From Nymphaea colorata (Eukaryota): a DNA stretch of 64,000 bases. The notes beneath the pieces are model-generated. The model was not told where the DNA came from. It did no database searches and worked only from the letters and a program-made list of their open reading frames with translations. The stretch lies in assembly GCF_008831285.2 (NCBI RefSeq), contig NC_045138.2, forward strand, positions 34,844,001 through 34,908,000. Reading direction: 5' to 3'. This document shows, piece by piece, positions 12,913 through 25,900 of the stretch. The stretch's first letter is position 1, and each line of letters starts with the position of its first letter. The position numbers and the translations under genes were made by a program.

Positions 12913-15008
12913 TCAGTTGGGAACCCAAGCAAGGCCCTCTACAATAAAGTGGCAAATGGGCACAGTTCCTGGCTTCACACCCAGCACCCTGAAGCTCTCA
13001 TGCTGGGGATTCCAGTTTGATGTATCGAAATGACACAAAGCAATGGCGTTCACTCGGCTACCATCTTCAGCAACCAACGGAACCATGTACACCCTTGTGC
13101 CAGCGAAATTGTGACAGTAGAACACAGCAAAAGGAAACACAGTGTTGTGGCATGCCATGACTTTATTGGACAGCATCCTTCCACCACCAGCACCTACTCT
13201 GTAACTCCTGACCTTCGCAGCCTCCTCTCTGTTAACAGCAGAAGTGGCCACCGCATGAATCTGTCTTGTTCCCAACTCCGCAACAACGAAATCGATCATC
13301 GACTCTAGTGATGTTGCACAATGCTTTACTTCTTCTTTAATTGCAGCCGCCTCACAATCCTCAAGTGTTTCCCTGGTAAGAGATGCACGGTCGGATTCGG
13401 GTTCGATGGAGAACATCTTGAGGATGGCAGTGATATTGGAGGTTGAGAAGGGAATTGCTTGAGCTCGCTGGCGGGGAAGAAACGACCACCACTAGAAGCT
13501 ACGGGGGTGATCATCATGGTGACGTTCATCTTGCTACCAGGCTGCAGGTCTTCCCTCTGGAAATAAAGAGGTGCATGGTTCGGTGGGCAATTCATGGCGC
13601 TTGAGCTAGGGTAACTGCTCATCCTGGGCCACTTATTACCGCAAGCTTCGAGGCTACGACGACCAAATCCTGCAGTGAGTGCAAATTAAAGGACTGGTTA
13701 AGTAATCAACCTTATTATATTATTTGCGCACCATAAATTGGAGCATACATGTGACACTTAATCCTGTTTACTATTAACCGGTTTTTCTTCTTCCGTAAAA
13801 TGAGGCGTAATAACAAGAGAGCTGAAGTGGCTAATGATGTGCATATATATTGAGCTAAAACATGTCAAATTCTTGGAAGTTCCCGATGCTTAAATGAAAA
13901 GTATGACACTAGTTGGGAAACAATTGCCAGATGAGCATTAATGTTGATTGATGATTTAATTGTTTTTTAACCATTCAATGGAGACTTTAAGAACAAATGT
14001 CAGAAATTGCAGACCCCTACTAAGTATAGAAATGTAGTAGAAGGGCTTTTTCAAACATGTATATCGTTTAGTTGATGATAATTAGTAATTTATTATTGTA
14101 TAGTGTACTTTTGTTATCTAAATAAAAAAATTATTGTTTATGTAAAATAGTTATCTATGTGTACTTATGTACTAAAAAGCGATGACAGTTTTTAGCAACG
14201 GTCAAATCCGTGACTGCAACCTTCTTCATGCTATAGTTCGTTGTCGTTGGTGTTGGATGGATTCGTCGTCAATATTTGCTTATTGTTTTTCTTAGGTGAC
14301 TGAAATTTCCATGCCATTATTATATTATCCGACGGACAGATCTGTCACTAATTCTTGCTGTTAAATGACTGTACGAACTGTTGCTAAACATCTGTCACTA
14401 GTGTCTAAATTTTTTGCCGTCATTGTTGTTAATGGTGATGGCTAATTTAGTTGCGACAAAGACATCACGAGGGGTACACTCTCAAAATGGCAACGGCTAA
14501 TTTCATTCCTAGCAGTTTAAGCGAAGAACTGGGATTTATGTAATAGCCGTGGAAACCATGGTAATAGCAACGTTTTGGCGGTAGCTATTAATCATAATCG
14601 TGGTGTTACGACTGCTATTGGCACTTTCAGCGACTGATTTTAATTGATTTTTAATCATCGGGTGGGGACCTTAAGAACGATATATATATAATTTGGTAGT
14701 GCAATACCTATCCGAGAGGGGGACAAGAGTGCTCGAATGGCAATTGGCATGGGGGTGCTTGGGAACATCTTGTTCCAATAACCATCAGGCGTCAAATATA
14801 AACTGCAGCTTGCAGTCCCAATTATAAGCTGCCAAAACAAAAGGTCATCACAGTGAGATGGAAATTAATTCCCATCTTTTAATGAAATCGTGCAACAAAT
14901 GACATTGAAGAAGAAAATACAGATGATCAAGCAAAATAAAGATCAAACAAAACAAATGTAGCTTACTGCAAGAAAAGCTGAGATGATGTAGGAGGAGAAA
15001 ACTGCCAT
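12913..15008 (-). CDS. Secreted BURP-domain protein (RD22-like), 3 exons: 15008-14967, 14828-14708, 13669-12913; one -1 frameshift near 13478
   Basis: Signal peptide MAVFSSYIISAFLA/LIIGTASC and YWNKMFPSTPMP motif, with GT-AG introns in compatible phases. The BURP domain has CATSLESMIDF and four CH motifs (ACH, YCH, LCH, ICH). The frame breaks at ...GGRF/PRQRAQAIPFS, so it is either a pseudogene or an assembly error. Confidence 0.85.
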
Positions 15009-15077
15009 GCTGTTCGTCGAGCTACCCAGTACTTAAGTTTCTGCTGTTCGGTGAAGGAAATGGTATTGCTTCCAGCC

Positions 15078-15084
15078 TTTTATA
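15078..15084 (-). promoter_or_regulatory. TATA box of the BURP gene (identical copy at 10-16)
   Basis: TATAAAA 70 nt upstream of the ATG at 15008. Confidence 0.65.
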
Positions 15085-17266
15085 AGGAAGAACTGTATGT
15101 GCGTGTTTGATCGATAATGCTGACCCATTCGGAGGTAAGGTGGACACGGAAGACATTGAAGCCCTAATATTTATATGACCAAGAATTAAGCGGTCGCATG
15201 GCAACAGTAAATAGATTCAATCGACCGACCGGAAATGGGCAACTGGACAGTCATGTAAGCTTCTTTCTCAAAATTCCAGCCATTTATACGAACAATCTCA
15301 CTGTTCTACACCTGAAATGAAGATATTCCCTTGTGTGTTTATTTAGCATAATCTTTTTTTTTTTTTTTTGAGCAGTTTTCACGTATGACTCCTAAAACCG
15401 GACCGTGTGTTAGGGGCTCAAAATGACCAAAATGTCCTCTTGTATAAAATGAAAGACCCTCGCATAACGGTTAGAGTAGAATGGTAAAAAAAAGAAATGC
15501 CCCTGAAAGATGACTAAAGTGTCCATCTGATCAGAACACAGCTTCTTGTGTTAACGACATAACTAAAATTTTATTTGATCCATGAACTTTCACTATTACT
15601 GAGAAAGTTCAGAGGAGAAAATGTTGGTTATGTAAAAATTAGGTCCCCAATTCAGTTTTTTTTTTTTTTTTTGAAAAAAAAAGAAGAAAAAACATGGTCA
15701 TTTCGAGTCCAGTTAATTGAAGTCAGGTCCAATAATGTTCAGTACATGGTGAATCTGACCCGAACCGTTTACGTCGAGTAGTCATCTTCCTGACGTGTCA
15801 AGGGAATTCATCTTCGACTGCATACAGTGACTTTTCTCTAGCAGTTGTCCCGTGAACACCCAATTAGCTTGAAATGTTCTCGAGACCGGGTCTAATACCT
15901 GTGACCCAATTTTCCTCTTGTTGAATTTTTGAACTTTGATACTTTTGTTTCATTCGTATTTAGGAAGATTATTCATTCATAAATGGCATAAGTTTATTGG
16001 TTCATTAAACGGGCTAAGGAACATAGCTTTTAAGCACAACAATTTGGGGTTTGGTAATAGGAAAGCTGTGTTCCTTGGAACGCAGTGTTCCAAGCATGTG
16101 TTTACCTTTCAAATAAAAAAGCATTCATGTTACCAAACGCATATCTTGCACTAGGTATACTAAACCACTAGCATTTATTATGTAACTCTTATGAGACCTA
16201 TATTGAATGCATTGTTCATTTTTTCCCTTTTCGTTTCTTATTAATTTTTTCCAAGCTCTTACTTTCAGTGCAAGCTATTTGGTAGAGACCGACTCCTGGG
16301 AAGACGGTGCCACACCATCTCCTTTAGACACGCATCTCAGTTTGCAAGACGGGACAGAATGGCTTCAATGAATGTTACTATTATCATTGCACATTTGCAT
16401 ACAATGGTTGAAACAGTCAATCCGTGACGAAGAAGACGACCTAGAATAAAACAGTCCACGACGCAGAAGGTAAGCAATGATACTGCAACTCAAGGTACGC
16501 AATGACATATATACAAATGATCATACTGAACATAAACTCAATAAATACTGCCATTGTATATTGTCCTGTATGTGTATGGGCACTTCATATGTATACTGCC
16601 CCCTTACTGCCATGACGGGGAGGCCTAATTACCCCAAATTGGTCAGCATATATATATATATAATAGGAAGGAAATTATATAAAAAAAAATTACTTCTGAA
16701 TTTTTTAATATAAATTTTGTTTAAAGTCTGTCATACAGGTTGAAAAGCATTAGCGCATATTGGTAGTATTATGTGTTTAAAAAAACATGGTTTTGGATAT
16801 GTCACCAACAAAGCAATTCAACCAAATTTCCATGACTCATTGGAAACTTTATTTTCATCTAATCAAGTTTGTACACAACTGGGTAAAAACTTTGTCGCTA
16901 TCGCCGTCAATCTCACGCTTTAACACACAGTGGTAGATTTATTATTATGGTATGGAAAACTGGTATGCCTCTCCCACTGTTAGATTCTCATCGCAGCCAT
17001 TTAGCGAGTCAAAACTATATGGCATATCTTAGGGAGTGTGTCGAAAGTCTTTTAGATTGTATTGTTACTCCCATGAAAATTTAGTTCGGGCCATGCCTTC
17101 TTCTGCCAAATTCAAAACGAAAAAAGCCAAGTCATGTACAACAATAATTTTTGCTCATACAACCCTGTAGTCACAACACAAGCGTTTTTCGATTATGTTG
17201 TAAAAGAAGACACCAAATGTCGTTCCAGCTATGGATATTTAATTTTGTTGTGATTTTCTTTTTCAT

Positions 17267-17324
<58 letters not shown>

Positions 17325-18542
17325 CTCAGCCAGCCAAGCTGCCAAATACAAGAACTTCTTCATTGGAAAGGGTGGTTAACCTCAGACAACCTACAGCGGT
17401 GAAAACTTCACCGGTATAGGTCTCATCCCATTCACGTGCGTAAACAGATATTTTCCTCATGCAAACATCATGGCGGTAAAAAGAACGAACGTAAGAAAAC
17501 ATCAGTATGACCTTTACGGACGTTTTGCTTATTTTTCAATAACGTTTTTCACTCAATAATAAAAACCTCTTTTTTTGTAGTAGTAGGAAAAAGAGCAAAA
17601 CTCTACAGGACGGGGAAAAGGACCGTGGCGGCACTCTCTGGCACCATTAATGCTGTGATTCCTCCTCTATCTCGCTGTCTCAGGTCCTCGAGAGACAGGC
17701 ATTTGCTGGCTCTTCACCATCCTTCTGTTTTTGTTATCTGGGTAAGTACTCATCCCTAACACTTGTTTGTATTGCTCAAAATATCATGTGTGATTTTCTC
17801 AGAAGAAATTAACTTTTATATATGGGTTTCTGAGTACATTTTAATGCTTTTCATTAATGAAACTTTTGTAAATTATTTTGTTGAAATTAGGCCTTTTTGT
17901 AATTTTTCAAATAATAGGTTTCATATTTCATCCTAAAAATCAAGGGGTGATTCCGAACTCGATCAATCACCTCTTAGCTCCCTCCCATAGTGTCCTTGCA
18001 GGTTTCTTTGTCTTGTCTGTCTACCGTAATTCTAGTTCATTGTTTCATTACTTCAAAGAAATATTTAATTATGGAACATCTCTGTCCCTCCTCTTTTTTT
18101 TTTCTCTCTCTCTCTCTCTAGCCTCTGTGAGGAATTTAAGGATTTGAGTAGGGTAGCTTGAGTAATTTTCCCATTCCATAAAGTTCATCTCCGAGGAGTG
18201 GCATGACCCATGCACGTATAAGGTGCAAAGTGTCAAGATCTTAGAGTTCCATTAATTGCAAAACTTGGTTTTTCTTGTTCGCCGGACCAAGTTATAAATA
18301 TTTCTCTTAATTTTAGTTCTCCTGATTCAGCAATTTGATCATGTGACGGCCAATATCAATGTAATAGACATTACCATGACCTAGAGTTGTGAGCTGATCA
18401 GGATTCAATGGCGCCAATAAGTGATAAACTCATAAGGAAATAAGGCAAGTAATTAACTGATGCTGTTTTATTTATTATCAGTTCATTCAAAAGAGTAATT
18501 TGAATAGCTGTAGGCGGCCAGCTCATGTACGTACAAGGAAGT

Positions 18543-19363
18543 AGTAGTTGGGGACGCTGGCGAGATCCTTTAGAATGAAGTGGCAAATGGGAACAGTTCC
18601 TGGTTTCACACCAGCAACCGGTAGCTGGCATGCCCAGAATTCTCTCTTGATGTATCAAAATGGCACATAGCAATGGCATTCACTCGGTTACCATTATCAG
18701 AAACCAATGGAGCCATGTATGCCCTTGCTCCTGCCAAATTGTGGTAGAACACAACATAAGGAAACATCATATTGTGGCAAGTCATCATTTTATGGGACAT
18801 CACCCTCCCCTCACTAGCACCAGCCCCTGCTCTGTAAGTCCTGGCCTTCAACTCCTCCTCTCTATTAACAACAGAAGTGATCGCCACATGAATTTCACTA
18901 GTTCCGAACTCCACGACAACAAAATCGATCATGGATTCCAGTGACGTTACATGGTACTCGAGTTCTCCTTTAACTGCAGGTTTCTCGCAATCAACAAGTG
19001 TTTGCCTGGTAAGAGATGCAGAGTGGAATTCAATGGAGAACATCTTAAGGATGGTAGTGAGGTTTGAGGTTGAGAAGGGAATTTCCTGGGCTTGTTTGCG
19101 TGGCAAGAAAGTACGCTCAGAGCTGACACCACCGACAATAGAAGCATCATTTGCTAAAGGGGTGATGAAGATAACCAACAATGTTTTTCTTTCTTGGAAA
19201 CCCCTCAATGGATGGACATGAGTACCTGATGTCAGAGTAGGGGATGGGAAGAGAAACGAAACAATCGTCAATCGTCGGGCATGAGAGTGCTGGGGAAGGC
19301 CTCATTCCATTTAGCTTTATAGCGAGAGTGCCGGTAATTGTGTTCGCGGCCCCGGCAAGCAGC
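18543..19363 (-). pseudogene. Decayed BURP-domain gene, copy 2
   Basis: Near-identical to 3480-4300 with the same lesions (ORF 18606-19271). Confidence 0.9.
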
Positions 19364-20743
19364 TGACAGAGAAAAGAAACAATCGTCATCCACCATATAC
19401 TCTGGTAATTCAAGTTGGATTAGACCTGAGAATCTTTTATGCCGGAAAGAACTGGTTGATGGCATGGCGTGTGCAGAGCTGCTGTGGGAAGACGGAAGCG
19501 AGCGGCCTGCTTCCGGCAGGTGGGATGGCGCCCACTGGCAGTTTGGCTGTCCCTGGAGAGTGGGTCTCACTAGTACTCATACGTTTCGAGCAAAGGGAAT
19601 TGATGGACCTGTGCACTTGCCAGGAAGAAAGTGAGAAGAACGAAACCAAGTCCGCCATTCAAGGCTCCAACTCAAGCTTGGCCAAATACGGAGAAGGAGG
19701 CCGCAAGTGCTTGCCCCTTTTTACATAGCGATATATAGCGATACACAAAAGAATGTAGGACATGATGCTGGTTATGTTCACATCTCTTTGTCTCGCTCAC
19801 TTTGATGCCTTCAAGCTGGTCGGTCGGGCCACCGGTGATCTCCCCATATAAGAGAAGACATATTTTTTATATATTCATTTTAATGATTTCACCAAGTATT
19901 TAAATCTTGAGTAGTTATGTATATCATTTAGGAAAAAATGTAAAAAATAAAAAAAAGGAAAGAGAGAGAAGGCTAGAGTAATGTAAGTATTGCAATCCAA
20001 CCATGGATATGATACGGTACACCCATAATCCGGTTCAAGAAAACAGTACTCAGAAAAATCAAACCATACATAACGCACTTTCTGCATGCCGCTTGCCTGC
20101 CTAAGCAATTATACTTTCAACTACACTTCTTTATAATTTCCCTCACTTTTTCCACCTTTCACTTTCCCATCCTTTTTTCTCTTCCACCCACAACATTCCA
20201 TTCCACCTCGTCCTTTTTTTTTTTTGACTTTTTCAGCAACTACCCTTTTCATCCTAAGATTGGATGTTTATTAGAACTATATATCTCTTGGGTTTCATGG
20301 ATACTAAAACCTTACACCAAATTCTGATATAATTATTAAGTGGGCTCAAATTTTCTGAGGTCCGAATAATGGGGGTCCCGAGAATCTACTACTACTGTCA
20401 CACAAACATGAGCATTTTTTCTTCAAGTTACAAGTGTTTGCATCATTAAAAAAAAAAAAAAAAGTCACCCTTGCCGATACGTGACTTGCTTGGTTAAGCG
20501 TCCCATTTTGGAGGTGTAAAGTTCTTGGAGAAGTAATTGCTGTTTTTACAACTTTCTTCAAGTTTTAATGCCGAGATGCATATGCAACTGCTTCTTGTTT
20601 CTCATTTCCCTTTTTCTCCTCGTGAAACCTTACACAAGCTTATGCACCGCCAACCAGCAGCTTTATTCAAATGGCACCTTATGATTTTGTACATCGAAGC
20701 ATTACTTGCGCTTCCACACCATTATCATGATGCGTCATATTTT

Positions 20744-23700
20744 TCACAGATTGTCTTCAAAGAGATTGAAGAAGAAAAGACTCGTGTTCTGGGTACTGGA
20801 AAGATGCCGAGAAACAGAACGCATTGTAGGCCGTGTTTCTGGATTCACATATGTGCACATGATTGCAAGTTTGGCTACAAAAAGCACTTTCTCTGCTTCT
20901 TGGCCCACAGGAGCTGATATACGTTGGTCCAACATATCCCAGAGCTTTACATCCATCTCTTGCTTTGTGAGAATAGCAAAAGATGATAGTTGCTCCCCAG
21001 GATGCCTTCCCATTAGAACTTCAAGAGCTAGGACTCCAAAGCTATAGACATCACACTTCTTTGTCACTCTCATGGTGTATGCCAACTCTGCAGTAAAGAA
21101 GCTAGTATTTTTAAAACATTAACATAGTTTAGTGGATGGATCTACCAGTTATAAGGCCAGTAGAACTTATAATAGTCTTAAAAAGGACAATGCAAAATCT
21201 TTTGACAAAAAATTTAGCGCATACCTGGAGCCATGTAGCCGTGCGTTCCTACGCACCAAGTCCAATTGGATGAATTTGGGTTTAGTAATCTTGCTGTTCC
21301 AAATCAGAAACACATGCATCAAAATCAGGATATAACAAAATGTTCTTGCTGGAGATGTCGCGGTGGATTATTGGAATTGAATGATCATGGTGCATATATG
21401 ACAAAGCATCAGCAACACCAGTTATGATATTCACCCTCTTTGCCCAATCTAATCCTTTAGCCTCTTCATTGCTGCTTAATATGTTGCCAGGCTTCCCCTT
21501 TCTAAATATTCATACACTAAGAATGACCAATGAGGATGCTTACAGAATCCATAGAGCTTGACTATGTTTCTATGGCGAACTTTTGTCAATGCTTTAATCT
21601 CATTTCTGAAGCCAAAGTCTGTCAACGTATCATTACCCTGTTGATTGAACTTCTTGACTGCCACTATTTGACCTGTGGGGAGTTCAACTTTGTAGACGCT
21701 ACCATGACTTCCTGTACCAATAACATAGTCATCGCTGAAATTCCTTGCTGCACTGACAATATCCTCATAATCAAGTTCACCGTCATAGTTCCACATGGAG
21801 AAGAAATCAATTCCTTGGCTTGTTTCAACAATGATTCTGTTCTTGTTTCGCCTTCTCAATTTTGTTTTTGACAGATCTTGCAAGTTCCAGTAACCAGGAA
21901 CAGAAGAATGAGGACTGCAGCAACTGGAGTAACAATCGCCTCCAATGTTTGACTTTTCTTTTGTTGTATAACATCTTTTGGAGGCATGCATGGACGCAAG
22001 TTAACTCCTCCACATAAGCCAAGATTGCCTATAAATGACTCTACCGAAGCATTCAGGAAGGCAGCGTTGTTTGGGAGAGGACCTTGGAGACTGTTAAAGG
22101 ACAAATCAACAGAAGTCAAACTAACCATTCCAGCCAAAGATGATGGGATTGCACCAATGAGCTTGTTATGGGAAAGATTGAGCATCTCCAAATGAATTAA
22201 CTTCCCAAGTTGGTCTGGTATTGTCCCTGTTAGCACGTTACGGCTAAGATCTAGCAGCATAGATAGTCCTGCCAAGTTCCCCAACTGAGAAGGAATTTTT
22301 CCGTTCAAGGTATTGTTACTCAGCTTCAATCGAATCAACGTAGTAGAATCCCAAGCTCTTCAGGTATTGGTCCGCTAAGTTTGTTTGATGACAAATCCAA
22401 ATGCTGCAAATTTTTTAACATTCCAATCTCTGATGGTATGCCACCTGAAATATGATTGTTACTCATATCTATATATTGCAAGAACGAAAGTTCCCCTATT
22501 CCTCTTGGAATCTCTCCTGTTATGTAATTGGTAGAAATATTTATTAGCCCCAATCGTGCCAGTTGAGAAATTGAACCTGGAATCTTGCCGATAATGTCGT
22601 TATTAGAGAAATCCAACCGTTGAAGACTGTGACATCCACTCCAGCTCGGCGAGAGCTCTCCTGTTAGTTGATTGTTGCTTATGTCAATGCGCAACAGGTT
22701 CGGATATGATCCAAATGCCTCTGAAATGTTACCACTAAGTTGGTTCCCACTTAAAGTGAGTTTGTATAAGCTTGTACAATTCCTCAAGCTTTCTGGTATT
22801 GATCCAGTGAAATGGTTGTTGGAAGCAGAAAAGACGAAGGGCATGCCACCCTTACATATTATTGATGGTAAAGAACCGAAGAGATTATTCGCTGAAAGGA
22901 ACAACTGGCCTAGACTTGTCAGATTACTCATTTGTGGAGGTAGAGTGCCGAAGAGGCTATTATTGCTCAAGTTCAAGAAGTAAAGATTAGACAGGTTACC
23001 TATTGAAGGAGGGACCAAACCTGGAAGAAAGTTAGACGCTAAATCCAATTCAATGAGCGCACTGAGCTTCCATAACTCTTGTGGAATGGTCCCAGTCAGC
23101 AAATTTACTCCAAGGAACAAATGCTGCAGACTGGACAGGTTTCCAATCTGCACTGGAATGGAACCTGTAAGTGAGTTGGTATCAAGGTCCAAGAAGTCGA
23201 GATTTGTGAGCTCTCCTATCGTCTGTGGAATAGTTCCAGTAAGATGGTTGTCATTGATGATTAGATTCACTAGACTAGATAATTGTCCAATAGAAGTAGG
23301 GAGAGGTCCTGCGAGGGAGTTGAATGACAATTTTATAGAAACAAGGTTCTTAAGCTTTCCTATTTCAGGTGGTATGGATCCAAGAAAGGAGTTGTCGGTT
23401 AGGTCCAAATCGGTGAGTTTCATGAGATTTCCAATCTCAGAAGGGATCTCACCAGACAACTTATTTTGAAGGATGATCATGTGAGACAAGCCAGACAAAT
23501 TCCCTAGCGCCTTAGGCATTGAACCTGTGAGTTGGTTTGAGTAAAGGCTTAACTCGACCAGGCTGCTAAGTTTCCCCATTTCTGAAGGGACACGTCCGAA
23601 TAGATTATTCACTGAGAGGTTTAAACTTGTAAGGCTAGACATGTTGCCTATGGAAGATGGGATTGGTCTTGGAAAAGATTATGAGCTAGATCCAAGCGTG

Positions 23701-24295
23701 TCAGCTTCTCCAACTGGCCTATTTCTAGAGGGATGTTGCCGGTTAGTTTGTTGCCAAAAAGCACAAGACGAGTAAGGTTCCTCCAATTGGTGAAAAAGCT
23801 CGGTATTAGCTCTCCATCAATAAAGTTGTCTGATATCCAGAACTCAGAAATTTGAGTAACATTGGCCATAGTAACGGGTAAGCTGCCAGAAAACTGGTTC
23901 ACCGATAAATCTAGGAAGGTAAGTTTGGAGAGGTTGCCTATACCATCAGGAATGCTTCCATTGAGATTGTTACCTCTGAGATCGAAATGTGCAAGATTAG
24001 GGAAGGCAGCGAAGTCGAAATAGTTGAGTGTACCTCGAAGACCTTTATTTTGAAGACTTATCTTGACGACACTCGTTTTATCGCTGCTGCACTGTATCCC
24101 GTCCCACTGGCAGGGAGCGCCATATCTGGATTTGAGGAATGACCAAGAGGAATTCAGCACGTGGGCGTCTTGGAGACTGTCTCTCCACTTGAGAAGTGCT
24201 TTTGCTTCTGCCTGCAATGACTGAGCACGTGCGTCTCCTAATGAACAAAGACTCCAAAGAAGGAAGAAAAGCAGGAGCAGCCGGTCGCTTCTCAT
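20744..24295 (-). pseudogene. MIK2-like LRR-RLK copy 2 with five 1-nt deletions (may be intact in the real genome); exons 24295-21225 and 21087-20744
   Basis: Split ORFs 23648-24295, 22335-23642, 21856-22338, 21476-21991 and 20744-21085. Deletions relative to copy 1 fall at ~23668, 22349, 21865, 21484 and 21301. Confidence 0.85.
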
Positions 24296-25529
24296 GGTGC
24301 TATTGTTTCTGTTGCAACTGAGAAATTAGGCGTTCGTGTGGATTCACTAGTGGTGCATGTTAATGGCATATAAAGATGTTGGGAAGTCCACAGTCCGCGA
24401 CGAAGATACCTAGAAAACAACTTTGTCCATTCCTTTACATTCCACATATTCTAGGTCTGAAGTTCCTGGAAACTTCATTTCCATTCTATATTTCCATGTA
24501 GCTGCCTAAAATTTTGTACTCCGATCGCTACGTTAAGTTAGTGGGCAGCCATTTTTCCAGCAGCGGTCCCACGTATGTTTTGCAACTTTGTCAAGGGAGA
24601 AAAGGAAATGTGTTTGCATCATCAACGGTAAAACAAGAAGCCGACTAGCGAGAGTTGTTTTCTTTGATGAGTTTGAATGTGAAGTTTCTGGATTATCAGA
24701 AACTTCAAGTTATAAGAAGGTCAGGGGTTCAAAGCCCGACCTGTATGTTCCTAAACTTGCCGGGTCTGCCTAACCATGCGTATTGTTTGGCCTATAGAAG
24801 AGCACATTTTTATGTTAAAATTTTCAAATCAAATAAAGAATATAAAATGGCACGTATTGAAGATAAAAGTAAATGAGAAATTAAAGGGAAGTGATGGAAG
24901 GAACAATTATGGCCCTTGTAGATATTGCAGTCACAAACTACTCTTGCGCATATTAATTTGTGCCTTTGTAGTTTCTTTTACTTGGCAAAAAAGTAGTCAA
25001 GTCAACCATGTACGTGGAAAGTATAATAAAGGGGAAAAAGACGATAACCAGCCGAATTTCCTCTTGGGCGCATGGGACCGTGGCATTCATCAGCAGAGGA
25101 GGCCCAGCCACTTCACAGACAACGTGAAGACCCCGCTAAATAATGCGATTCCGGGCGGTCAACCACCAGAAAATTCCTCGTGTTCAGTTTCTTCTGATCC
25201 AGAGAAATTGATCGGTTTAAGACTAGTAATTCTACAGCTAACAGAACATCCATGGTTGGATGTAGAAGGAAATGAAATCCCACCACGAAGCCAGAAGCCA
25301 ACCATTTTTGCTGTGTAAGCCGGGTGAGTAGTGGCCCACTATAAGAAATGTAAAGAAAAGTCCAAAAGCTAAACAGATTCCAATTCTTTCCTGTCTCTTT
25401 CCCTCTCTTTTCCTTGCTATCCTGGACCTCTGTGATTTTATCTCCTACAGAATTCCGACGTAGTAATATATATGCTTATATCAGCCGATATATGTTCCAC
25501 AGGGTCTCTTAGTCTCTTCCTCCCCTGTC

Positions 25530-25900
25530 ATTCACCTCCTCTCCTCTGTTAACAAATGAAGTGGAATCTCACTGGTTTTGTATTGCGCGATACAACGGAA
25601 CCGATCAATGGATTCCAATGACGTTGCACAGCCTTTAGTTTTTCTTTCACTGCTAACTGTCGAGCATGAAGCTTGATTAAACGTGTAGAATTAAATATCT
25701 AAACAATCTGATAAACTGCAGCTTGCAGCCCCAATTATAATCTGCCAAAGCAAAAGTTTACCACAGTGACAAGGAAAATTGAACTCGTATCCTTTATGAA
25801 AATACAAACAACAAATTGATCAGTGAAAGGAAATAAACATCAAGCGAATGTAGCTTACTGCAAGAAAAGCTGAGATGATGGAGGAGAAGGAAACTGCCAT
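25530..25900 (-). pseudogene. Internally deleted BURP paralog, copy 2
   Basis: Duplicate of 10480-10851, ATG at 25900. Confidence 0.85.

Larger units (their letters stand above)
1..15068. repeat. Tandem segmental duplication, unit copy 1 (~15.07 kb)
   Basis: Sequence at 1 (cttccagccttttataagg...) recurs at 15069. The ORF track repeats at offsets of 15056-15066. Homology with copy 2 runs to ~12700. Confidence 0.97.

Noticed and set aside
14030..14640. CACTA-like subterminal motifs in BURP intron 2
   Set aside because: Too degenerate, and no termini could be defined.
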